A stretch of 61,865 bases of DNA, the filler included, from Callorhinchus milii (lineage: Eukaryota): assembly GCF_018977255.1 (NCBI RefSeq). It is 3 parts of 3 records of this genome, joined end to end, with 100 filler letters (N's around TTAATTAATTAA, not from the genome) between each part and the next. Parts side by side here need not be neighbours in the genome. Positions count along the whole stretch, not along the records: positions 48,766 to 61,865 come from NW_024705084.1; 2 more parts are not named here. One strand, 5' to 3'. Shown here piece after piece: positions 54,525 to 61,865 of the stretch. The notes under the pieces were generated by a model that did not search any database, was not told the origin of the DNA, and saw only the letters and a program-made list of their open reading frames with translations. Within the stretch, counting starts at the first letter, position 1. Every line of letters begins with the position of its first letter. A program made the position numbers and the translations under genes.

Positions 54525-54695
54525 TGTTTTGTGGGATATGGGCATACTTGCAAGCATTAGGGGGAAATTTGCGAGGATTATGGGGTAAGAGTGGGGGGAG
54601 TGGGGACTGGTCGGTAGCTCTATCAAAGGTCTGGCATGGGTTTGATGAGCCGAATGGCCTCCTCCTGTGCTGTAAGATTTTCTGCGATTCTATGA
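54525..54695 (+). mobile_element. CR1-type LINE 3' end
   Basis: GGCATGGGTTTGATGAGCCGAATGGCCTCCTCCTGTGCTGTAAGATTTTCTGCGATTCTATG is a typical CR1 tail. Related tails lie at 14086-14130, 17612-17645, 22805-22850 and 39345-39400. Confidence 0.7.
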
Positions 54696-55759
54696 TCAAT
54701 TAGAATGATAACAGTAAATTCAGTCACTTCAGTCCACGACTGTTCGCGTGCGCGCGCGGGGAACGGGGGTGGGGGGGAGACTGTGCCCGCCCAGCACGCA
54801 ACGGCCGCCACGCTCGATAAGAGCGGTCCCGTGAAGCGCTGGGGGTACAAACGCCAGGATTATTATTATTATTATTAATAATTTTATTAAGGGGTGGGAT
54901 TGGGGCTCGTGTGCAGTTCCTCCACCGGGACACCAGGAGTGATGACGTTCCCGCGAGCGGTGAAAGGGGGCAGTTAGTTATGGTCCCACCGAACTTGACC
55001 CCCTGAATGCGTCGAAAGAGGAGGGATTTTGTGCGTCGTCGAAGGTGAAGAGCGGGGAGACGGCGTCGACTGACTCCGGGCGCGCGGGGTCTCGGCTCAC
55101 TCTCCGGCGCAGCGCTGGGGGGTGGGGGGGGGGGCAGGAGAGAGTGAGAGTGAGAAAGAGAGTGAGAGAGAGAGAGAGAAAAAGCGACTGACTCGTTGTC
55201 GGAGACTCCGTCCTTCGGATGGGACATTAAACCGTCCACACTCCCCCAGGATTTCTCGTGGCGCTGTCGGGGGGGGGTGGGTGGGTGTGGGGGGGAAAGA
55301 AGGGAGTTTTTCTCTCTCTCTCTTCCCCCCACCGCTCTCTCTCTCTCTCTCTCTCTTTCTCCCCCTCCCTCCACCCCTCTCTCTCTCTCTCTCAGGATCC
55401 TGGCCGTTTCGTGGGGCTGTTCGCGGGGACGTCGCCGGGCGCAATCGGCCGCCGCGTTCCTGCCCCGCAAAACACACAGTCACTACACAGCGTTAACCCG
55501 CCGCCCCCCCCCCCCCAGCCACCACCCCCTCCGCCGCCAACGACGTGATAAGCAGCGCTGGTAGTCCTCGCGTTCGAACCCAGCGCCTGGTCGGATGCCG
55601 CGAGGCCTCTCAAAGCGCCTCACGGGACTACGCTGCGAAGGGTAGTGACTGTACGTTTTGCGGGCGAAACGGGTGCGACCGAGACGAACGCAAGGGTTAT
55701 TATATCTCTTGTTCCCCTTTCCTTCTCCCCCCCTTCTTCCCCTCCCCTAGGGGACAGAC

Positions 55760-56983
55760 ATGAAGCTGTCATGTGGATTGCGAAAGACTTGTGTGCTCTT
55801 AGGGGGCATCTTGTTGCTGTTGGTGATCCGTTGGGGTTGGCACCGGACAGAGTCGCTGGGGGACGAGTGCCAGGCTAACGCCTTCTGGAACGTGGAGCAG
55901 CGGCAAATGGAGCGGGAGGGGGAGAGGAGGCCGGAGGGAACCGGGGAGCGAGCGAGCAGCTGCCGGGGAGATCCGTCCGTGGCCCAAAACGTGGTCGGCT
56001 TCTGCTCGTTCCCGCAGCAGATGAGGGACTTCCTGCTTTACCGGAGGTGCCGGGCTTTCCCGGTCCTCATGGAACCCTCCGAATCTTGCCGGCACCGTCC
56101 CTCCCTCCTCCTGGTCATCAAGTCCCGGCCCCCGCACTTCGAGAACCGCCAGGCCATCCGCCAGTCCTGGGGGGGGCTGCGAAAAACGGGGGACGTGACG
56201 TTGGGGCGGGTGTTTCTCCTGGGGGAGCAAGGCAAGGCCGACCACTACCCCGACTTGTCTCGGCTCCTGGCGGTGGAGCAAAGGGAGTTCGGGGACCTGT
56301 TGCAGTGGGGCTTCCGAGACACGTTCTTCAACCTGACCCTCAAGGAGATACTGTTCCAGCGCTGGCTGGCGGAGCGCTGCCCCGGCCCTCGCTACATCTT
56401 CAAGGGGGACGACGACGTCTTCGTCAACACCGACCGGATGCTCGACTACGTGCTGGGCTTGGGCCGGAGGCAGAGGAGGAACCTGTTCGTCGGGGACACC
56501 ATCTTGGACGCCCTGCCCTCCCGTGACCTCCGGCAGAAGTACTACATCCCTCGGGCGTTCTACGCCGGGAGCTACCCGCCTTACGCCGGGGGTGCCGGGG
56601 TTCTGTTCTCCGCGGACCTGGCGAGGAGGCTCCTCTGGGTCTCGGCTCAGGTCCCCCTCTTCCCCATCGACGACGTCTACGTGGGGATGTGCCTCTCCCG
56701 CCTGGGGGTCGCCCCCCAAAGGCACGAGGGCTTCCGGAGTTTCGGGATTGCCGAGCGCAACAAGTGGGACGTGTGCACTTACCGGCAGCTGCTTGTGGTT
56801 CACAGACGCACCCCCCACGAGATGATCCGCCTCTGGATCTCCATCCGTCAACACAACCGTACCTGCCCCCCGCCGAAGGTGGGGGATCACAGGAGCAGGA
56901 GGAGGCCAATCAGCCCCCCCCCCCTCAACCCCCACCGCCCCCCCCCCCCGCCCACCTCGAGCCTGTTCCGGCTGTTCTGTTAA
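55760..56983 (+). CDS. Beta-1,3-N-acetylglucosaminyltransferase, B3GNT2-like (GT31), single coding exon, 407 aa
   Basis: An N-terminal type II membrane anchor is followed by DFLLYRRCR, LLLVIKS, RQAIRQSWG, FRDTFFNLTLKE, FKGDDDVFVNT (DxD), KYYIP, YPPYAGG and PIDDVYVGMC. An acceptor CCCTAG ends at 55750 just before the ATG, and a possible 5' UTR exon donor lies at 55045. Confidence 0.93.
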   Translation: MKLSCGLRKTCVLLGGILLLLVIRWGWHRTESLGDECQANAFWNVEQRQMEREGERRPEGTGERASSCRGDPSVAQNVVGFCSFPQQMRDFLLYRRCRAFPVLMEPSESCRHRPSLLLVIKSRPPHFENRQAIRQSWGGLRKTGDVTLGRVFLLGEQGKADHYPDLSRLLAVEQREFGDLLQWGFRDTFFNLTLKEILFQRWLAERCPGPRYIFKGDDDVFVNTDRMLDYVLGLGRRQRRNLFVGDTILDALPSRDLRQKYYIPRAFYAGSYPPYAGGAGVLFSADLARRLLWVSAQVPLFPIDDVYVGMCLSRLGVAPQRHEGFRSFGIAERNKWDVCTYRQLLVVHRRTPHEMIRLWISIRQHNRTCPPPKVGDHRSRRRPISPPPLNPHRPPPPPTSSLFRLFC

Positions 56984-57560
56984 GATCATGGCTGATCTGT
57001 ACCCCGACTCTCTCTCTGTGTGGCTCTCACTCACTCTCTCAGTCACTCTTTCTCTCACTCTCTCATTCACTCGCTCACTCATTCTCTCGCTCCCTCCCTC
57101 ACTCACTCTCGGTCTCTCTCTCTTTCTCTCAGTCTCTCTCTCTCTCTCTCTCTCTCACTCACTCTCTCTCTCTAGGAACAGGAGGAGGCCATTCAACCCC
57201 TTGAGCCTGTTCCGCCATTCTACTAGATCTCAGTTGATCTGTACCTCAACTTTCTGCCTCTCTTTCTCAGGCTCTCACTCACTCACTCCCTCTCCCTCTC
57301 TAACTCAGTTTCTTTCTCTCTCTCTCTCTAGGCACAAAGGAACACGAGAATAGGATGAGGCCATTCAGCCCCTCGAGCCTGTTCCATCACTCTACTAGTT
57401 GGCTGATCTGTACCTCAACTCCAATTACCCGCCTTTGCCCCATATCCCTTGATACCCTTGACTGGTCCACCTCAGTCTGGACAACGTGAAGGGATCCAGT
57501 CATAATCCACAGCCTTTTGGGGGAGGGAGAGAGTTCCAGATTCCCCTTTGGGGGGATTTC
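56891..57560 (-). mobile_element. Three antisense CR1 3'-end fragments, the first overlapping the B3GNT stop codon
   Basis: AGGAGGAGGCCA(A/T)TCAGCCCC...CTCGAGCCTGTTCC...TGGCTGATCTGTACC occurs at 56891-57010, 57174-57250 and 57352-57560, separated by CT/CTCA microsatellite. Confidence 0.8.
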
Positions 57561-58214
57561 TGCCCCCGATTTCACTCCTGGCTCTGATTTTCAGATGATG
57601 CCCCCCACCCCCCCCCACCACCCCTTTGTTCTGATTTTTCCACCTCCACCCACCAGAGCAAATAGTTTCTCTGCAGCTTCTCCATCGAAAGTTCTTTCTT
57701 GATCGATGAGAATTTCTCTGCAATAAAAAATTCCATTCTCGAGATTTGACAACTTATTTGTTCTGAAGTTCCAACTGCAGTCAGAGTCCGATCCTCGCAA
57801 AACCAGAGGACCCGGGTTCACGTCGGGAGGACGTCCCGAGGCGCTGGACAGTTGGGTCGGGACCCGAGCATTGGGGGGGGAAATGGTCAGGGTGAGGGGA
57901 GGGAAGGGAAGGGAGGGAGCGAGGAGGGGGTAGAGAGTCGAGAGGGGAGCTGAAGGCACGGTCGAAGAGAGAATAATCCCTTCAAAAAATAATAATGTGG
58001 TCACTCAACCCACGGCTGTTTTTGGGTGGTCGCTGTGCGCAATTGGCTGCCGCGTTTCGCCCACAAAATACACAGTCACTACACTTCCTGTGAAGCGCTT
58101 TGAGATGTCTCGAAGACGTGACAAGGCTCTGTAATCGAAGGCGAGGATTACTATGATTACACGTTATGTACTATACACTGTGACTTTTTAAGTAACACAC
58201 AATTTTTTTGATTT

Positions 58215-58745
58215 AATCTAACAATAATAAAAATAATACATTCGTTATCGTTCTATTTGCTATTTGAATTATAGTAATTATTGTGTATTATTACTATTAT
58301 AGAAGTATCACAATTGTTATGTTATCATTATAATTGTATAATTATTCATTGATTATTATAATTATGTATTATTACTATATATCTTTATTATTACATGGTT
58401 ATTACTATTATATCATTATTATACGTATTACTATTACTATACTATAAGTATTACTATTATATCATTATTAAATGATTATTACTATTAAATCATTATTCTA
58501 TATTACTATATTATTAATAAATGATCATTACTATATTATTATTAAATGATTACTATGATATTATTATTAAATGATCATTAGTATTATATTATTAATAAAT
58601 GATCATTACTATTATATTATTATTAAATGATCACTATTATATCATTATTATTATTTTGTGACAATTGTGTCATTGTTGCAATTGTATAAATCATGACAAC
58701 CATTATTTATATTATTATATTATTATTTTTTTTATTATTATTAAT
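58215..58745. repeat. AT-rich low-complexity tract (ATT/TATCATTA units)
   Basis: Directly visible in the sequence. Confidence 0.85.
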
Positions 58746-58873
58746 ATCATTCCGATACCATTTGCCATAACAATAGAGGTGACTGTGAGAACTCGTGTGG
58801 CGCAAATCTCAGGAGGAGCAATATTGGGTCGTGGACGCGAAAGGGGGGGGGACAAGCTCGCTTTAAGAGGCAG

Positions 58874-58945
58874 CGGAAGTGGGGCGGTCGGACGGAAGTG
58901 GGCGACAACCGGAAGTGAACTGTCTTGGCGGCCGCCATGTTGTTT
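58874..58945 (+). promoter_or_regulatory. SART1 core promoter: three ETS/GABP sites, a GC box and a YY1-type site
   Basis: CGGAAGTG at 58874-58881, 58893-58900 and 58910-58917. GGGGCGG lies between the first two and GCCGCCATGTT at 58931-58941. The region is a CpG island, with an NRF1-like GCGCATGCGC at 59375-59384. Confidence 0.75.
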
Positions 58946-58947
58946 TG

Positions 58948-61164
58948 ATGGGATCCTCCAAGAAGCACAAGGAGCGGGAACGGGCCGTGGACGATGGCGG
59001 CGGCGGTGGTGGCGGCGGCGGTGGGGCCGTGGCCCGGCACAAGAAACACAAGCACAAGGAGCGGGGCGACCGGCGGAAGCGGAGGAGCCGGAGCCGCTCC
59101 CGGGAGCGGGGGGACCAGCAGCAGCAGCAGCAGCAGCAGCCGCAGCGGCGGCGGCCGTTGGAGCGGGAGCGGGACCGGGAGCGAGAGCGCAGGCCCGAGT
59201 CCGAGCGGAGGCTCAAGCGCGAGAGGCCGGACGAGGAAGGTGCGGTGCGGTGCGAGGCGGTGCGGGGACGCAAAACAATCTCGTGCGAACGGTTTAACGG
59301 GGCGGGCGGGCGTGAGAAAAAAAAATGGACGCCCACTGCGCGCGCAGGCGGGCGGGCGGGCGCGACGCGCTCACGCGCATGCGCGCGCGGGCGGTTGACG
59401 TCGCACCGGCCCCTCCACCCGCGCGGGCGGGCGGGCGGGAAAACCGAGCCGCGCGGGCGGGCGCCGCACCAACCCAACACCTCATTGGTAATCGGTGATC
59501 AATATATGTCGACTGTTGAGAGAGTGCGATCAATAACAACCGGAGAGCGTTGTCTCGGTCGATCGCGTCAACGCCGACAGTCGATACTTAATCGATTAAT
59601 GATCGATCACTGGAATGATAACCAATACTATTGACAATAATGTTAATAATAATCGATACCATTAACAATAATGTTAATGATAATCGATACTATTCACAAT
59701 AATGTTAATAAATAATCGATACCATTAACAATAATGTTAATGATAATCGATACTATTAACAATAATGTTAATAAATAATCGATACCATTAACAATAATGT
59801 TAATGATAATCGATACCATTAACAATAATGTTAATGATAATCGATACTATTAACAATAATGTTAATAAATAATCGATACCATTAACAATAATGTTAATGA
59901 TAATCGATACTATTAACAATAATGTTAATAATAATCGATACTATTCACAATAATGTTAATAAATAATCGATACCATTAACAATAATGTTAATGATAATCG
60001 ATACTATTAACAATAACAATCCATAATAATCAATGATGTTAACAGTAATCGATACCGTTATCAACGATAATCGGTAATAATCAATAATAACAATGGAGAC
60101 TAAACACTATTAATAATAATCAATAATAATAATTCATAATAACGATGACTAACGACGACGACGATGATAATAACGGTCCCGGGGGGTGGGGGGGGGTGTG
60201 ACCCGGCGCCCGATTGCGTCGTCGGGACGTCTCAAAGCCCTTCGCGGGACACGGCATCGAGCGTAGTGACTGTGCGCGGGTGTTTTGCGGGCGGAGACGC
60301 GCACAGTCACTACACTACACGTCCCCACAAACAGCCGCGGAACTAAGTGATCCCATTATTATTATCAGTAGTAGTAGTAGTAGTAGTTTTTGGTCACTTC
60401 AACCCCTCCCAACCCCAAACCCCCCCCCCCACCACCGGCTGTTTGTGGGGCCGTCGCCGGCCGCGGTCGGCTGCCCGGGTTTCCGCCCGCGAAACACCCG
60501 CGCACAGTCACTACGCTCGACGGCGTGTCCCGTGAAGCGCTTTGAGACGTCTCGACAGCGTTGATCAAACGCCGGGACTGTTATTGTTATTATTATTATT
60601 ATTATTATCGCAAGAAACAGAGCCTTGAGGTCAGACCCTCTTCTACCCTCCACCCTCCCTACCTCCCACCCCCCTCTCCCACCCCCACCCCCTCCCCCAC
60701 AGCCCCTCCTGATCCCAACCCCGCAACTGGGGTCCAAACCCCAGTCTCTCTGTTGAGCGAACGCCGTGCGAATGTCCCGCGCTGTTGCGGTTGATCTGAT
60801 GTCCGTGTATTTATATCTCTTTTTCTCCCCCCCACCCCCACCCCCCCCCCACCCCTCTTCTCTCCATCCTAAAGGTCCCACGGGGCCGAAGTCCGCAGGG
60901 GGCGATGCTTCCCTCAGCGTAGAAGAAACCAAGTGAGTGAATAAGTCTTCACGGTTTGGGGGGGTGGGGGGGGGGTTAAACGGGCGAGAGAATTATTTGG
61001 GGGGGGCGCGGGGAGGGTCTGGAGGGGTTGGTGGGGAAGCTGTTTGCTGGGGGAAACCCAAACGCACAGTCACTACGGTGTGCCCCAGACGTCTCGAAGC
61101 CGTGATGAATGAGGATTATTCCTATTTTCCACCAATAAAAGCCTCCTAACTCTGGGCTCCGTCC

Positions 61165-61197
<33 letters not shown>

Positions 61198-61300
61198 CCA
61201 CCCCCTTCCCCCCCAAACCCCCCCCTCCCCCCCCCCCCCCGCAGCAAACTCCGAGCCAAACTCGGCCTGAAACCTTTGGAAGTCAACGAGACCAAAAAAG
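58948..61300 (+). CDS. SART1: SART1 (U4/U6.U5 tri-snRNP protein, Snu66), exons 1-3; continues beyond the window
   Basis: Exons 58948-59239, 60875-60932, 61245-61300 encode MGSSKKHK...HKKHKHK...RRLKRER and GDASLSVEETNKLRAKLGLKPLEVNE (HIND, the Hub1-binding motif). Phases are consistent. Confidence 0.95.
59625..60065. repeat. 31-32-bp AT-rich minisatellite, about 12 units, in SART1 intron 1
   Basis: Unit: AATAATGTTAATGATAATCGATACCATTAAC. Confidence 0.92.
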
Positions 61301-61680
61301 GTGAGTGCGGAACGAGAGGTGGGTCTGTATTTACCTCCTCCCCCCACCACACACACACACACACCCGCCAGAAACCGTCCAGTGGTTCGTCCACATTGCC
61401 CCCCCCCCCCACACAAACTGTGCCCCACGCAGCCAAACTCCACCCGACCACCGCAAAGCACACAGTCACTACACGCTGTGCATTAAACCTCCTGGTGACT
61501 GTATTTCTCTTCGTCTCTCTTTTTCTGTGTCTGTGTGTGTCTCTGTCTGCCTTCTCCCTCTGTGTGTGTGTGTGTCTCACTCTCTGTCTGCCTTCTCCCT
61601 GTGTGTGTGTGTGTGTCTCCCTCTCCCTGTCTGCCTGTCGCTGTATGTGTGTGTCTCACTCTCTCTATCTGCCTTCTCCC

Positions 61681-61865
<185 letters not shown>

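Noticed and set aside
55799..57106. 435-aa antisense ORF over the B3GNT gene
   Set aside because: It is the shadow of a GC3-rich coding strand, starts in microsatellite and has no recognisable motifs. The same applies to the alternative frames over MMP28, GAS2L2 and SART1.

Overview
This is vertebrate DNA, most likely from a cartilaginous fish and possibly a chimaera (inferred from the repeat families and the GPCR family). It is not one locus. Two identical 100-bp linkers (44 N + TTAATTAATTAA + 44 N) at 24298-24397 and 48666-48765 join three probably unrelated scaffolds. Segment 1 (1-24297) holds the 3' half of TAF15, a complete 8-exon MMP28 and the first four coding exons of GAS2L2, all on +. 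Segment 2 (24398-48665) is AT-rich and repeat-dense. It holds one near-intact and one broken GPR139/142-like class A GPCR, two tRNA pseudogenes, L2/CR1 LINE fragments, and an LTR with a tRNA-Ser primer binding site and a gag-like relic. Segment 3 (48766-61865) is GC-rich. It holds a 6-exon FAM161-family gene (probably TSGA10IP/FAM161C, minus strand), an intact B3GNT2-like glycosyltransferase and the first three exons of SART1. A tRNA-headed SINE occurs throughout. I found no wholly new biological system. The best leads are a probable B3GNT2 ohnolog with a LINE-derived C-terminus, the retroviral relic, a SART1 stop-start uORF, a TAF15 intronic hairpin and segment-specific GC drift in the SINE. 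All family calls come from recalled motifs, not database searches.
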